Source of the DNA: Pseudomonas aeruginosa
GTDB lineage: Bacteria; Pseudomonadota; Gammaproteobacteria; Pseudomonadales; Pseudomonadaceae
Direction of reading: 5' to 3'
DNA: 32,000 bases
NCBI RefSeq assembly: GCF_001457615.1
Contig: NZ_LN831024.1
Coordinates: 4,680,001-4,712,000 of the forward strand
A model generated the notes under the pieces. That model made no database searches, had not been told where the DNA came from, and saw nothing but the letters and a program-made list of their open reading frames with translations. A program made the translations under genes and the position numbers. Below are positions 1-10,302 of this stretch, piece by piece. Positions within the stretch are counted from its first letter, which is position 1, and each line of letters opens with the position of its first letter.

Positions 1-171
1 CTTGATCCCGAGCATGTTGTGGCGGGTGGTCTGCGGCTTGCGCGAGGTGATCGCCAGCTTCTGCCCGAGGATGTGGTTGAGCAGGGTGGACTTGCCCACG
101 TTGGGGCGGCCCACGATCGCCACGTAGCCGCAACGGCTGCCGGCGGGGATGTCGTCGTGCATGTCAGTCAT
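1..171 (-). CDS. era: GTPase Era, N-terminal 57 codons only (rest lies beyond position 1)
   Basis: Minus frame from ATG (171-169) translates [57 protein letters not shown]. It has the P-loop GRPNVGKST. Its start overlaps the rnc stop by 8 nt, the classic rnc-era arrangement. Confidence 0.9.
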   Translation of the reverse strand, partial: MTDMHDDIPAGSRCGYVAIVGRPNVGKSTLLNHILGQKLAITSRKPQTTRHNMLGIK

Positions 172-853
172 GGCCATTCTCCACGCCCAGGGCCACCAGC
201 GCGGCGGCCGCGGCCACCTGCTCGGCGATGCGGCGGCTGCCGCCGTGCCCGTGGGTCTTGTCGCTCAGCAGGGCCACTTCGCAATCGACGAAGAAGGTCC
301 GGCAATGGGGTTCGCCCTGGATATCCACCACCTCGTAGCGCGGCAGGTCGCAGCCACGCGACTGCAGGAACTCCTGCAGGCGGGTCTTGGGGTCCTTGTT
401 GGTGTCCACCGGGGTCAGCTCGCGCAGTTGCGGTCCGAGCCAGGCGATGATCCGCTCGCGCGCGGAGTCCATGCCGGTATCCAGGTAGATGGCGCCGATC
501 AGGGCTTCCATCGCATCGGCGAGGATCGACTCGCGGCGGAACCCGCCGCTCTTCAGCTCGCCCGAGCCCAGCCGCAGGTAGTCGCCCACCTCGAAGCCGC
601 GCGCCAGCAGGGCCAGGGTCTCGCCCTTGACCAGTCGCGCGCGCAGGCGCGAAAGCTGGCCTTCGCGAGCCTGCGGGAAGTGGTGGAACAGCGCCTCGCC
701 GATGACGAAGTTGAGAATGGCGTCACCGAGGAACTCCAGGCGCTCGTTGTTGCGCCCGGCGTAGCTGCGATGGGTCAGGGCCAGGACCATGAGGTCCCGG
801 TCTTTGAAGGTATAGCCGAGCTTGCGCTCGAGTCGGTCCAGCGAATTACTCAC
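164..853 (-). CDS. rnc: Ribonuclease III
   Basis: 229 aa with the RNase III signature ERLEFLGDA and a C-terminal dsRBD-like region. GTG start at 853 overlaps the upstream ORF's TGA (GTGA). Confidence 0.96.
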   Translation of the reverse strand: MSNSLDRLERKLGYTFKDRDLMVLALTHRSYAGRNNERLEFLGDAILNFVIGEALFHHFPQAREGQLSRLRARLVKGETLALLARGFEVGDYLRLGSGELKSGGFRRESILADAMEALIGAIYLDTGMDSARERIIAWLGPQLRELTPVDTNKDPKTRLQEFLQSRGCDLPRYEVVDIQGEPHCRTFFVDCEVALLSDKTHGHGGSRRIAEQVAAAAALVALGVENGHD

Positions 854-1227
854 GGCATGCGTACACGGAATTCTTTGTCGAAGTGGACCACCAGGTCGAT
901 GTTGCTGATCAGTGGCTCGCGTTTTTCATATTTCAGGTGCGCCCGGAATTGGTTGTCTTCCAGTTGCACCTCCAGGGCCTTCTCCAGGTCCAGGTTGCGG
1001 ATGCCGTTGATCTGCATCCCCTTGCCGACGTAGCTGTAGAACTCCGGCACGGAACGCACCTCGGCCGCCTTGTCGGTCTCCACGGAAGTGATCACCTTCT
1101 CCAGCGAGTAGTAATCCATGTAGTGCGGGATGATCTTGAACGCGGCGCTGGCGAAGAACGCCACCACGCCCAGCACCACCAGCCACCCCAGCAGGGACAT
1201 CCCCTTCTGCGAACGCGCGAACCTCAT
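850..1227 (-). CDS. Small single-pass membrane protein of unknown function (DUF4845-like, from memory)
   Basis: Track ORF is 850..1278. I prefer the ATG at 1227 ([15 protein letters not shown]...) because GAGG lies 6 nt upstream; starts at 1239 or 1278 are possible. One N-terminal TM ([19 protein letters not shown]). High-GC3 codon usage, and the stop is coupled to the rnc start. Confidence 0.75.
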   Translation of the reverse strand: MRFARSQKGMSLLGWLVVLGVVAFFASAAFKIIPHYMDYYSLEKVITSVETDKAAEVRSVPEFYSYVGKGMQINGIRNLDLEKALEVQLEDNQFRAHLKYEKREPLISNIDLVVHFDKEFRVRMP

Positions 1228-1313
1228 GTCGGACCTCATGTCAGTGTAGTTATTCCGTCCAGCGAGCGGTAACGCCATCGGGCAGGGCCCTGCGGCGGCG
1301 TTCGCGGAAGTGA

Positions 1314-1345
1314 AAGCGGGGCTGCCCTCGGGAGCAGCCCCGCTT
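1314..1345 (-). terminator. GC-rich hairpin immediately downstream of lepB (terminator- or attenuator-like)
   Basis: Stem aaGCGGGGCTGC / GCAGCCCCGCtt with an 8-nt loop. On the minus strand it is followed by TTTCACTT, a weak U tract. Confidence 0.4.
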
Positions 1346-1395
1346 CGCGATTATTCAGCAGGAGCGCCCTTCCGCGTGGCGAACCTGCGCACAGG

Positions 1396-2250
1396 TCAGT
1401 GAATCACGCCGACCCGGGAGAAGTTCGGCAGGTTGCTCATCTTCGGATCGGGCCAGCTCATCCACACGGCGAAGGCCTTGCCGACGATATTGCGGTCCGG
1501 AACCATGCCCAGCAGATCCTTGGGGATCTTCGGATCGTTCCAGTAGCGGCTGTCGTTGGAGTTGTCGCGGTTGTCGCCCATCATGAAGTAGTGGCCGGCG
1601 GGAATGGTCCACTGGCGGTCGGGCTCGATGCGATAGCGGCTCATTTCCTTGCGGATCAGGTGCTCGGCCTGGCCCAGCTTCTCCTGGTACAGGGTCACGC
1701 TGCCCAGGGTGCCCGGTTCCTCGCCGACCAGTTTCTCCGCCACCAGCTCGCCGTTGACGTACAGGCGCTTTTCCTTGGTATAGCGCACGGTGTCGCCGGG
1801 CAGGCCGACCACGCGCTTGATGTAGTTGATGTTCGGTTCGCTGGGATAGCGGAACACCATGACATCGCCGCGCTGCGGGTCGCCGATCGGGATCACCTTG
1901 GTGTCCAGCACCGGCAGGCGGATACCGTAGGCGAACTTGTTGACCAGGATGAAATCGCCGACCTCGAGGGTAGGTTTCATCGACCCCGAGGGAATCTGGA
2001 ACGGTTCGACCAGGAAGGAACGCAGCACCAGCACGATGAACAGCACCGGGAAGAACGACTTGCCGTACTCCACCAGCAGCGGTTCCTTGTTGAGCTTCTC
2101 CAGCACCGCCGGATCGGGCTCGTTCACCTGCCCTTCGTAGGAAGAGATCGCGGCCCGCCGACGCGGCGCGAACAGCACCAGGTCGACCAGGGCCAGGGCG
2201 CCGCATACAGCCACGGCGATGACCAGCAACAACGGGAAATTGAGTGTCAT
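1396..2250 (-). CDS. lepB: Signal peptidase I
   Basis: 284 aa with catalytic motifs SGSMKPTL (Ser), KRVVGLPGD (Lys) and GDNRDNSNDSR. N-terminal TM. Starts 5 nt after the lepA stop. Confidence 0.96.
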   Translation of the reverse strand: MTLNFPLLLVIAVAVCGALALVDLVLFAPRRRAAISSYEGQVNEPDPAVLEKLNKEPLLVEYGKSFFPVLFIVLVLRSFLVEPFQIPSGSMKPTLEVGDFILVNKFAYGIRLPVLDTKVIPIGDPQRGDVMVFRYPSEPNINYIKRVVGLPGDTVRYTKEKRLYVNGELVAEKLVGEEPGTLGSVTLYQEKLGQAEHLIRKEMSRYRIEPDRQWTIPAGHYFMMGDNRDNSNDSRYWNDPKIPKDLLGMVPDRNIVGKAFAVWMSWPDPKMSNLPNFSRVGVIH

Positions 2251-2255
2251 GGGTT

Positions 2256-4055
2256 CTAGCTATCCACTTTGAGCACGGCGAGGAAGGCTTCCTGGGGAAT
2301 TTCCACGCTACCGACCTGCTTCATCCTTTTCTTACCAGCCTTCTGCTTCTCCAGCAGCTTGCGTTTACGGCTCACGTCGCCACCGTAACACTTGGCCAGC
2401 ACGTTCTTCCTGAGCGCCTTGACCGTCGAGCGGGCGATGATCTGCCCACCGATGGCTGCCTGGATCGCCACGTCGAACATCTGCCGCGGGATCAGTTCCT
2501 TCATTTTCTCCACCAGCTGGCGGCCCTTGTAGGGGGCGTTGTCGCGGTGGACGATCAGGGCGAGGGCGTCGACCTTCTCGCCATTGATCAGCACGTCGAG
2601 ACGAACCAGGTTGGACGGCTCGAAACGATCGAAGCTGTAGTCCAGGGAAGCATAGCCGCGGCTGGTGGACTTGAGGCGATCGAAGAAGTCGAGCACCACC
2701 TCGTTCATCGGCAGGTCGTAGACCACCTGCACCTGGCCGCTGAGGAAGTGCATGTCGCGCTGCACGCCGCGCTTCTCGATGCACAGGGTGATCACGTTGC
2801 CCAGGTGGTCCTTGGGCACCAGGATGGTGGCGCGGCAGATCGGTTCGCGCATTTCCTGGATGGACGCCAGGTCCGGGAGCTTGGACGGGTTGTCGACGTA
2901 GATGATCTCGCCATTCTTCTGCACGATCTCGAAGACCACCGTGGGCGCGGTGGTGATCAGGTCCAGGTCGTATTCGCGCTCCAGGCGCTCCTGGATGATC
3001 TCCATGTGCAGCATGCCGAGGAAGCCGCAACGGAAGCCGAAGCCCAGGGCTTCGGAGCTTTCCGGCTCGTATTGCAGCGACGAGTCGTTGAGGGTCAGCT
3101 TCTGCAGGGCGTCGCGGAAGTCCTCGAAATCGTCCGAGCTGACCGGGAACAGGCCCGCGTAGACTTGCGGCTTGACCCGCTTGAAGCCCGGCAGGACCTC
3201 GACGTCCGGCGTGTTGTTAAGGGTCAGCGTATCGCCCACCGGCGCGCCGTGGATATCCTTGATACCGGCGATGATGAAGCCCACCTCGCCCGCCTTCAGG
3301 TCGACGGTCTCGGTGTGCTTCGGAGTGAATACCCCGACGCTGTCCACCTGGTGGACCTTGCCGGTGGACTTCACCAGGATCTTGTCGCCCTTCTTCACCC
3401 GGCCGTTCTTCACCCGCACCAGCGAGACCACGCCGAGGTAGTTGTCGAACCAGGAGTCGATGATCAGCGCCTGCAGCGGCGCCTCGATCTCGCCTTCCGG
3501 GGCGGGGATGGCGGTCACCAGGCGCTCCAGCACCTCCAGCACGCCCATCCCGCTCTTGGCGCTGCAGGCCACGGCGTCGGTGGCGTCGATGCCGATGATG
3601 CTCTCGATTTCCTCTTTCACCCGCTCCGGCTCGGCCTGGGGCAGGTCCATCTTGTTCAGCACGGGCATCACTTCCAGCCCCTGCTCGATGGCGGTGTAGC
3701 AGTTGGCGACGGACTGCGCCTCGACGCCCTGGCCGGCGTCCACTACCAGCAGCGCGCCCTCGCAGGCGGCCAGCGAGCGGCTGACTTCGTAGGTGAAGTC
3801 GACGTGGCCGGGGGTATCGATGAAGTTGAGCTGGTAGGTCTTACCGTCCTGCGCCTTGTAGTGCAGGGTCACGCTGTGGGCCTTGATGGTGATCCCGCGC
3901 TCGCGCTCCAGGTCCATGGAGTCCAGGACCTGGGCCTCCATTTCGCGATCGGAGAGGCCGCCGCACATCTGGATGAAGCGATCGGCCAGCGTCGACTTGC
4001 CATGGTCGATATGGGCAATGATGGAGAAATTGCGGATATGGCTCAGGTCGCTCAC
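2256..4055 (-). CDS. lepA: Elongation factor 4 (LepA)
   Basis: 599 aa with GTPase motifs [17 protein letters not shown] and NKMD. GTG start at 4055. Confidence 0.97.
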   Translation of the reverse strand: MSDLSHIRNFSIIAHIDHGKSTLADRFIQMCGGLSDREMEAQVLDSMDLERERGITIKAHSVTLHYKAQDGKTYQLNFIDTPGHVDFTYEVSRSLAACEGALLVVDAGQGVEAQSVANCYTAIEQGLEVMPVLNKMDLPQAEPERVKEEIESIIGIDATDAVACSAKSGMGVLEVLERLVTAIPAPEGEIEAPLQALIIDSWFDNYLGVVSLVRVKNGRVKKGDKILVKSTGKVHQVDSVGVFTPKHTETVDLKAGEVGFIIAGIKDIHGAPVGDTLTLNNTPDVEVLPGFKRVKPQVYAGLFPVSSDDFEDFRDALQKLTLNDSSLQYEPESSEALGFGFRCGFLGMLHMEIIQERLEREYDLDLITTAPTVVFEIVQKNGEIIYVDNPSKLPDLASIQEMREPICRATILVPKDHLGNVITLCIEKRGVQRDMHFLSGQVQVVYDLPMNEVVLDFFDRLKSTSRGYASLDYSFDRFEPSNLVRLDVLINGEKVDALALIVHRDNAPYKGRQLVEKMKELIPRQMFDVAIQAAIGGQIIARSTVKALRKNVLAKCYGGDVSRKRKLLEKQKAGKKRMKQVGSVEIPQEAFLAVLKVDS

Positions 4056-4164
4056 GGCTCAACACACTCGAAAAGGGCAAGGGCGGCAATCCGCCGAAAA
4101 ATAGCCGGGGAGTTTACCTGATGCTCGGGCAAGGCGTCACGCAGGTAACGGATTGACGGGCATG

Positions 4165-4193
4165 AAAAAGGGCGGTGGAAACCGCCCTTTTTT
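4165..4193 (-). terminator. Rho-independent terminator after mucD (bidirectional shape)
   Basis: GGGCGGT-ggaa-ACCGCCC flanked by A5 on one side and T6 on the other. On the minus strand it reads GGGCGGTTTCCACCGCCCTTTTT, 11 nt after the mucD stop. Confidence 0.8.
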
Positions 4194-4204
4194 CGCCAGC
4201 CGGC

Positions 4205-5629
4205 TTATTCGGCCAGCTTGAAGGTAATGAAGCTGGCGCGTCCCTGGCGCAGCACCCGCATCGAAACCGAACGGTTCTTCGGCAGGGCCTTGGCCACGTC
4301 GGCGAAGACCTTGGTCGAGGTCACCGCCTTGTTGTCCAGGTGGGTGATGACATCGCCCGGACGCAGGCCGATGACCGCGGCCGGACCGTCCTGGACTTCC
4401 TTGATCACCACGCCGCCCTGGATATCCAGGCTCTTGCGCTGCTCGGCGGTCAGGTCGGCGACGGTCACGCCCAGGCGGTTGCTGCTGCGCTCGGCGCCCG
4501 GAGCGCCCATCGAGGCGATTTCCTCGTCGTCGTCCGGAAGGCTGCCTACCGCCATGCTCAGGGACTTGCGCTGGCCGTTGCGAATCACGTCCAGGTTGAT
4601 CTTGTCGCCCGGCTTCATGTTGCCCACCAGGTGCGGCAGGTCGGCGGACTCGTTGATCGACTGGCCGTTCAGGCTGAGGATCACATCGCCCACCTGCAGG
4701 CCACCCTTGGCCGCCGGGCCGTCTTCCACCAGTTGCGCCACCAGCGCGCCGGACGGCTTGTCGAGGCCGAAGGACTCGGCGAGATCCTTGTTCACTTCCT
4801 GGATCACCACGCCCAGCCAGCCGCGACTGACCTTGCCGGCTTTCTTCAACTGGTCGGCGACGTTCAGCGCGACATCGATCGGAATGGCGAAGGACAGGCC
4901 CATGAAGCCGCCGGAACGGGTGAAGATCTGCGAGTTGATGCCGACCACTTCGCCCTGCAGGTTCAGCAGCGGACCGCCGGAGTTACCCGGGTTGATCGCC
5001 ACGTCGGTCTGGATGAAGGGTACGTAGCTCTCGTTCGGCAGGCTACGCCCCTTGGCACTGACGATACCGGCGGTGACCGAGTGATCGAAGCCGAACGGCG
5101 AACCGATGGCCAGGACCCATTCGCCCACTTTCAGCTTGTTCGAATCGCCCAGTTTCAGGGTCGGCAGGTTCTTCGCCTCGATCTTCAGCACCGCCACGTC
5201 GCTGCGCGGGTCCGCGCCGATCAACTTGGCCTTGTGCTCGCTACGGTCGGACAGGCGCACCAGGATCTCGTCGGCATCGGCCACGACGTGATTGTTGGTG
5301 AGGATGTAGCCGTCGTTGGAGATGATGAAGCCGGAACCCAGCGATTGCGCCTCGCGCTGCTGGCCGCGCGGATTGCGCGGAACCTGCGGGATGCTGCGTT
5401 CGAGGAAGTCGCGGAACATCGGCGGCAGCCCTTCGAGGTCGGGGATAGACAGCTGCCCGCGCGCCATGGCGCGATCCGGCAGCTTCTGCCGCGTACTGAT
5501 ATTCACCACCGCCGGCGACGCCTGTTCGACCAAAGGCGTGAAGTCCGGCAGTTCTGCCCGGGCCGTCATCGCCAGGCTCAAGGCCAGCAAGGCCACCATC
5601 GCAGCCATACAGCGTTTTAGGGTATGCAT
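4205..5629 (-). CDS. mucD: Periplasmic HtrA/DegP-family serine protease MucD
   Basis: 474 aa with a signal peptide (MAAMVALLALSLAMTARA), the catalytic Ser motif GNSGGPL and two PDZ-like regions. It sits downstream of mucC. Confidence 0.96.
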   Translation of the reverse strand: MHTLKRCMAAMVALLALSLAMTARAELPDFTPLVEQASPAVVNISTRQKLPDRAMARGQLSIPDLEGLPPMFRDFLERSIPQVPRNPRGQQREAQSLGSGFIISNDGYILTNNHVVADADEILVRLSDRSEHKAKLIGADPRSDVAVLKIEAKNLPTLKLGDSNKLKVGEWVLAIGSPFGFDHSVTAGIVSAKGRSLPNESYVPFIQTDVAINPGNSGGPLLNLQGEVVGINSQIFTRSGGFMGLSFAIPIDVALNVADQLKKAGKVSRGWLGVVIQEVNKDLAESFGLDKPSGALVAQLVEDGPAAKGGLQVGDVILSLNGQSINESADLPHLVGNMKPGDKINLDVIRNGQRKSLSMAVGSLPDDDEEIASMGAPGAERSSNRLGVTVADLTAEQRKSLDIQGGVVIKEVQDGPAAVIGLRPGDVITHLDNKAVTSTKVFADVAKALPKNRSVSMRVLRQGRASFITFKLAE

Positions 5630-5668
5630 CGACTACAGCTCCCGTGATGTTCGAGGGAAGAGAAAGAC

Positions 5669-6124
5669 TCAGGCCGAATCGGACGGCCCGGAAATCAGCG
5701 CTCGCAGAACCACCGGCTGCGAGGCTGGATCATCGGCATGACGACGAGCATGCCGACGCACCAATAGCCAGGCCGCCAGCAAACCCGCCAGCCCGGACAC
5801 GATGATCAGAGGTTCGACAAGGCCCGCCCGGGTCGCCAGCAATGCTGCCACGAAAAACCCGAGCAGAGGGAAAAGATAGAAGAGGACGGAGGCGCGCAAC
5901 AACAGGTCTTCATGAATTCCTAGGACGACCGCATCGCCGACCCGCAGGCTCAGGTCGCTCAACGCGCGCACCCGGGCACGCCCCGCGCCGACGCCCAGGC
6001 GCTGCATCAGCCCCTGGCCGCAACCGGCATTGGCCGAGCAGGACGAGCAGGTACTGCGGCGCACGGTCTCGACCCATACCGCTCCCGGCTCGGTCGCCAC
6101 CACTCGCCCCTGCTCCTCGATCAT
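5669..6124 (-). CDS. mucC: RseC-like regulator MucC
   Basis: 151 aa with an N-terminal Cys cluster (CSSCSANAGCG) and two TM segments. ATGA overlap with the mucB stop. Confidence 0.93.
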   Translation of the reverse strand: MIEEQGRVVATEPGAVWVETVRRSTCSSCSANAGCGQGLMQRLGVGAGRARVRALSDLSLRVGDAVVLGIHEDLLLRASVLFYLFPLLGFFVAALLATRAGLVEPLIIVSGLAGLLAAWLLVRRHARRHADDPASQPVVLRALISGPSDSA

Positions 6125-7071
6125 TTCTGGGCGGCGGCCTCGGGCCGGATGGACAGCGCCACCCGCTCGGCGGTGCCCAGCGGCACTTCGCCGACGACGG
6201 TCACCATCTGGCCGCCGTCATCGGTCTGCAGGCGCTTGGAAACCACCACGGTCGGGCCGAGCTGGCTGCGCGCGTCGCCAACCATGGCACCGTGCAGCGG
6301 CTCGATGAACACCGAGAATCGTGCCAGGCCATCGCCATAGGTCAGGCAGGCGACCGGATCGGGGGTGACCGGACTGCGACGCATGAAACTGCGGGTCAGG
6401 GTGAAACCTGGCGGCAGCCATTCCGAGCGCCAGGCCACGGTCTTCTCGCCGTCGGCCTTGGCCGGGCCGACGACCTGGCATTCGGCGCCCGCCTGCAACT
6501 GGTCTTCGGCAGGTGCCGCGCCGGTATTCAACTGGGTGAACTGGAAGCGCTCGAGCAACTGCCCCTTCTCGTTCAGCAGCAGCGACTTCAACGGCAGGCC
6601 GGTGTCGCGGTCCAGGTGCAGCTCGAAGCCGTAGCGATGCTGGTCGCGCGGAGTCACCGCAAGGACCACTGCCGGGCGGCCGGCGACACGGGATTCGCCG
6701 ACCAGGCGCAGGTCGTACCAGGAAGCCAGCTGGGAGGGATCGAACTTGCGCACCGGCCACAGCTGGGCATCGGCCAGTTGGTCGGCAAGGCCGCCGCTGA
6801 TGCACTGGGTGCGCCCGTCGACCCGGACCACTTCCTGGCGCGCGCCGTCGAGCTGGAGCAGGCGCTCGCGAACCGCACCATCGCTCTCCACGCGATGCCA
6901 GATCTCATGGGTGGAGAAGCTGCCATTGCGCTCGTAGACGAAGGTGCCTTGGAAACTGTTCTGGCGATCGGCCTCGGCGAGACGATTCAGCCAGTCGGAA
7001 GCGTCGGCAGCCTGAGTGGCGGGAACCGCCATCAGGCTGCCAAGCAAAAGCAACAGGGAGGTGGTGCGCAT
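6121..7071 (-). CDS. mucB: RseB-like periplasmic negative regulator MucB (AlgN)
   Basis: 316 aa with a signal peptide (LLLLGSLMAVPATQA). Position is between mucA and mucC. Confidence 0.95.
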   Translation of the reverse strand: MRTTSLLLLLGSLMAVPATQAADASDWLNRLAEADRQNSFQGTFVYERNGSFSTHEIWHRVESDGAVRERLLQLDGARQEVVRVDGRTQCISGGLADQLADAQLWPVRKFDPSQLASWYDLRLVGESRVAGRPAVVLAVTPRDQHRYGFELHLDRDTGLPLKSLLLNEKGQLLERFQFTQLNTGAAPAEDQLQAGAECQVVGPAKADGEKTVAWRSEWLPPGFTLTRSFMRRSPVTPDPVACLTYGDGLARFSVFIEPLHGAMVGDARSQLGPTVVVSKRLQTDDGGQMVTVVGEVPLGTAERVALSIRPEAAAQK

Positions 7072-7079
7072 GTCTCTCC

Positions 7080-7664
7080 TCAGCGGTTTTCCAGGCTGGC
7101 TGCCCGAGCGTAGGGCAGCGCGCTCTCTGTACCACTGACGGCGGATTGTTGCACGTGCTGACGCAGGTAGATCGGCAGACGCTGCTCATGCCAGCGGGTA
7201 TCGCTGGACGAGGAGTTGGTGATCACCTGCGGCGCCCCCTGCTCTTCGCTGTAGCCGGCCAGCACGGCCGGGCCTTTCACCTGAGGCAGGGCGATCTGCG
7301 GGGTGGTCCCCTGTTGCGCCATCTGCGGCAGGGCGTCGTTCTGGTTGTACAGACGCACGCCGGCCAGCACCGCCAGGGTCACCGAGGCAGCGACCGCCAG
7401 GCGACCGACCATCCGCCACGGTCCCTTCTCCGCTTTCGGCGGAGCGGCCTCGTCGGCCAGGGCAGCAGAGACCGCCGCAGCGATATCCAGCTTCGGCAGG
7501 GTAGGCTCGCGGTGCATGACGGACCGCGCCAACTGGTAACGCGACCAGGTGGAACGCAGCTCGGCATCCTCGCCGCAAGCTGCGAGCACCCGCCGCAACT
7601 CGAGTTCATCCGCTTCGTTATCCATCACAGCGGACAGAGTTTCCTGCAGGGCTTCACGACTCAT
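7080..7664 (-). CDS. mucA: Anti-sigma factor MucA, full length (194 aa)
   Basis: Start taken at MSREALQETLSAVMDNEADELELRR (ATG 7664); the track ORF has a 26-codon spurious 5' extension. Central TM (VGRLAVAASVTLAVLAGV). The reading frame is intact through to LENR. Confidence 0.96.
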   Translation of the reverse strand: MSREALQETLSAVMDNEADELELRRVLAACGEDAELRSTWSRYQLARSVMHREPTLPKLDIAAAVSAALADEAAPPKAEKGPWRMVGRLAVAASVTLAVLAGVRLYNQNDALPQMAQQGTTPQIALPQVKGPAVLAGYSEEQGAPQVITNSSSSDTRWHEQRLPIYLRQHVQQSAVSGTESALPYARAASLENR

Positions 7665-7695
7665 AGCGATACCTCTCTTGGCATTTGCCGCTGTG

Positions 7696-8277
7696 TCAGG
7701 CTTCTCGCAACAAAGGCTGCAGAGCTTTGTCGATTGCTTCACGAGCGCGGAAGATCCGCGACCGTACCGTCCCCACCGGACACTGCATCACGGTGGCGAT
7801 ATCTTCGTAACTCAAACCTTCGAACTCGCGCAGGGTCAGGGCCGTGCGCAAATCCTCGGGCAACTGCTGGATGGTCTGGTGCACGGTGGCCTCGATCTCA
7901 TCCCGCAACATCGCCCGTTCCGGCGATTCGATGTCCTTCAGGGCGTGGTCGCCCTCGAAGAACTCCGCATCCTCTGCGGTCACATCGCTGTCCGGTGGCC
8001 GACGCCCGCGAGCGACCAGATGGTTCTTCGCGGTGTTGATGGCGATCCGATACAGCCAGGTATAAAAAGCACTATCGCCGCGGAAATTGCCGAGCGCACG
8101 GTATGCCTTGATGAAGGCTTCCTGCGCTACGTCCTGGGCTTCCTGGGCGTCGTGCACGAACCGCACGATCAATCCCAGTATCTTGTGCTGGTATTTCAGT
8201 ACCAGCAGATCGAAAGCCCGCTTGTCTCCGCGCTGTACCCGTTCAACCAGTTGCTGATCCTGTTCCTGGGTTAGCAT
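7696..8277 (-). CDS. algU: ECF sigma factor AlgU (AlgT, sigma-22, RpoE-like), 193 aa
   Basis: Start at MLTQEQDQQLVERVQRGDKRAFDLLV (ATG 8277); the track ORF is over-extended to 8514. Sigma-70 region 2 and region 4 motifs are present. Confidence 0.97.
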   Translation of the reverse strand: MLTQEQDQQLVERVQRGDKRAFDLLVLKYQHKILGLIVRFVHDAQEAQDVAQEAFIKAYRALGNFRGDSAFYTWLYRIAINTAKNHLVARGRRPPDSDVTAEDAEFFEGDHALKDIESPERAMLRDEIEATVHQTIQQLPEDLRTALTLREFEGLSYEDIATVMQCPVGTVRSRIFRAREAIDKALQPLLREA

Positions 8278-8336
8278 GAAAGCTCCTCTTCGAACCTGGA
8301 GGAGCTTCGAGCGTCCCAGCGAATCGTCTTGCCAAG

Positions 8337-8363
8337 ATAGACTCGGGCTTCTTGCAAAAGTTC
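8337..8363 (-). promoter_or_regulatory. AlgU(sigma-E)-type promoter, proximal
   Basis: Minus strand reads GAACTT-N16-TCTAT (GAACTTTTGCAAGAAGCCCGAGTCTAT), about 60 nt upstream of the algU ATG. It fits the known consensus GAACTT-N16/17-TCnnA and the known autoregulation of algU. Confidence 0.7.
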
Positions 8364-8520
8364 TCCCCTCCAAGCATGCGTCACGAGTTTTTTCCTCGCT
8401 CGTGACGTGCGGCCCCGGACATCGTGTCCGGGCCCCGCGAAAATGGATTGCATCGGGCTCAGGGCCCGGCCTCTGTGCCGCTGGGTAGGCCAACCGGACG
8501 AGGTCTTCAGGCATCCTGCT

Positions 8521-8547
8521 TTGGAACCGATGCGTCTAAGAAAGTTC
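8521..8547 (-). promoter_or_regulatory. AlgU(sigma-E)-type promoter, distal
   Basis: Minus strand reads GAACTT-N16-TCCAA (GAACTTTCTTAGACGCATCGGTTCCAA), about 245 nt upstream of the algU ATG. Confidence 0.65.
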
Positions 8548-8631
8548 CAGCACTACATCGCCCCGCTCTGATGACGCCTGCCGATGACAGGCCCGCAGCT
8601 CATCCGCCGGACCGGCAGCGGGGGTGCGCTA

Positions 8632-8658
8632 TTGTGCCGCCAGGCCCTTCTATATACT
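8632..8658 (+). promoter_or_regulatory. Candidate sigma-70 promoter for nadB
   Basis: TTGTGC, a 15-nt spacer, then TATACT, inside the only AT-rich patch (ctatatacta) upstream of nadB. The spacing is suboptimal and no TSS data are available. Confidence 0.35.
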
Positions 8659-8685
8659 AGGGCTCCACCACGGGGAAATGCGGGC

Positions 8686-10302
8686 ATGAGCCAACATTAT
8701 CAACACGATGTACTGGTCATCGGCAGCGGCGCCGCCGGCCTGAGTCTGGCCTTGACCCTTCCGGAACACCTGCGCATCGCCGTCCTCAGCAAGGGCGAAC
8801 TGTCGCAGGGCTCGACCTACTGGGCCCAGGGCGGCGTGGCCGCCGTGCTGGACGATACCGACACCGTGGAATCCCACGTCGAGGACACCCTGGTCGCCGG
8901 TGGCGGCCTGTGCCGCGAGGATGCGGTGCGCTTCACCGTGGAGCATAGCCGCGAAGCGATCCAGTGGCTGATCGAACAGGGGGTGCCCTTCACCCGCGAC
9001 GAGCAGCACAACCACGAGGAAGGCAGCTTCGAATACCACCTGACCCGCGAAGGCGGGCACAGCCACCGGCGCATCATCCATGCCGCCGACGCCACCGGCG
9101 CCGCGATCTTCAATACCTTGCTGGCCCAGGCCCGGCGGCGACCGAACATCGAGTTGCTGTCGCAGCGGGTGGCGGTCGACCTGATCACCGAGCGCAAGCT
9201 AGGCCTGCCGAGCAAGCGCTGCCTGGGCGCCTACGTGCTGAATCGGGAAAGCGGCGAAGTCGATACCTTCCGTGCCCGCTTCACCGTGCTGGCCTCCGGT
9301 GGCGCGAGCAAGGTCTACCTTTATACCAGCAATCCCGACGGCAACTCCGGCGACGGCATCGCCATGGCCTGGCGCGCCGGCTGCCGGGTCGGCAACCTGG
9401 AGTTCAACCAGTTCCACCCGACCTGCCTGTACCACCCGCAGGCCAAGAGTTTCCTCATCACCGAGGCATTGCGCGGCGAAGGCGCCCTGCTCCGCCTGCC
9501 CAATGGCGAGCGTTTCATGCCGCGCTTCGACCCGCGTGGCGAGCTGGCGCCCCGAGACATCGTGGCCCGCGCCATCGACCATGAAATGAAGCGTCTGGGG
9601 ATCGACTGTGTCTACCTGGACATCAGCCACAAGCCGGCCGAGTTCATCAAGGCGCACTTCCCCACCGTCTACGAGCGCTGCCTGGACTTCGGCATCGACA
9701 TTACCCAGCAACCGATCCCGGTAGTGCCGGCCGCTCACTATACCTGCGGCGGCGTGCTCGTCGACCAGCACGGGCATACCGACGTGCCGGGCCTCTACGC
9801 CATCGGCGAAACCACCTTCACCGGCCTGCACGGCGCCAACCGCATGGCCAGCAATTCGCTGCTGGAATGCTTCGTCTATGCCCGCTCTGCCGCCGCCGAC
9901 ATGCTCCAGCGCCTGCCCGGCACGCCCGTGCCGGAAAGCCTGCCGAGCTGGGACGCCAGCCAGGTCACCGACTCCGACGAGGACGTGATCATCGCGCACA
10001 ACTGGGACGAACTGCGGCGTTTCATGTGGGACTACGTCGGTATCGTGCGCACCAACAAGCGCCTTCAGCGCGCCCAGCACCGGGTACGCCTGCTGCTCAG
10101 CGAGATCGACGAGTTCTACAGCAACTACAAGGTCAGCCGCGACCTGATCGAGTTGCGCAACCTGGCACTGGTCGCCGAACTGATCATCCGCTCGGCCATG
10201 CAGCGCCGCGAAAGCCGGGGCCTGCACTACACGCTGGATTATCCGGACCTGCTGCCCGAAGCCCGCGACACTATCCTGGTGCCGCCCATCTACGGCGACT
10301 GA
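8686..10302 (+). CDS. nadB: L-aspartate oxidase
   Basis: 538 aa from [20 protein letters not shown] (FAD Rossmann motif); the track ORF is over-extended at the 5' end. Succinate dehydrogenase/fumarate reductase flavoprotein-like throughout. Confidence 0.96.
   Translation: MSQHYQHDVLVIGSGAAGLSLALTLPEHLRIAVLSKGELSQGSTYWAQGGVAAVLDDTDTVESHVEDTLVAGGGLCREDAVRFTVEHSREAIQWLIEQGVPFTRDEQHNHEEGSFEYHLTREGGHSHRRIIHAADATGAAIFNTLLAQARRRPNIELLSQRVAVDLITERKLGLPSKRCLGAYVLNRESGEVDTFRARFTVLASGGASKVYLYTSNPDGNSGDGIAMAWRAGCRVGNLEFNQFHPTCLYHPQAKSFLITEALRGEGALLRLPNGERFMPRFDPRGELAPRDIVARAIDHEMKRLGIDCVYLDISHKPAEFIKAHFPTVYERCLDFGIDITQQPIPVVPAAHYTCGGVLVDQHGHTDVPGLYAIGETTFTGLHGANRMASNSLLECFVYARSAAADMLQRLPGTPVPESLPSWDASQVTDSDEDVIIAHNWDELRRFMWDYVGIVRTNKRLQRAQHRVRLLLSEIDEFYSNYKVSRDLIELRNLALVAELIIRSAMQRRESRGLHYTLDYPDLLPEARDTILVPPIYGD

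Noticed and set aside
1396-1426. A GAACTT (-35-like for AlgU/sigma-E) at the 3' end of lepB on the minus strand, positioned to drive the small ORF, rnc and era.
   Set aside because: At N16-N18 the downstream pentamers are ATTCA, TTCAC and TCACT, and none fits TCnnA. A single hexamer match inside coding DNA is expected by chance.
7696-8514. 5' extended versions of algU (272 aa), mucA (220 aa), nadB (572 aa), opdH (475 aa) and others in the ORF track.
   Set aside because: The known protein N-termini with proper SD sequences lie at internal ATGs. The extensions cover promoter and intergenic DNA and have atypical composition.
8532-8540. The 9-mer GCGTCTAAG is shared between the algU distal promoter spacer (8532-8540) and the gap before the 3-hydroxyisobutyrate dehydrogenase gene (28348-28356).
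   Set aside because: The match is short, the flanks differ, and no sigma-E -35/-10 surrounds the second copy. It is probably coincidence.
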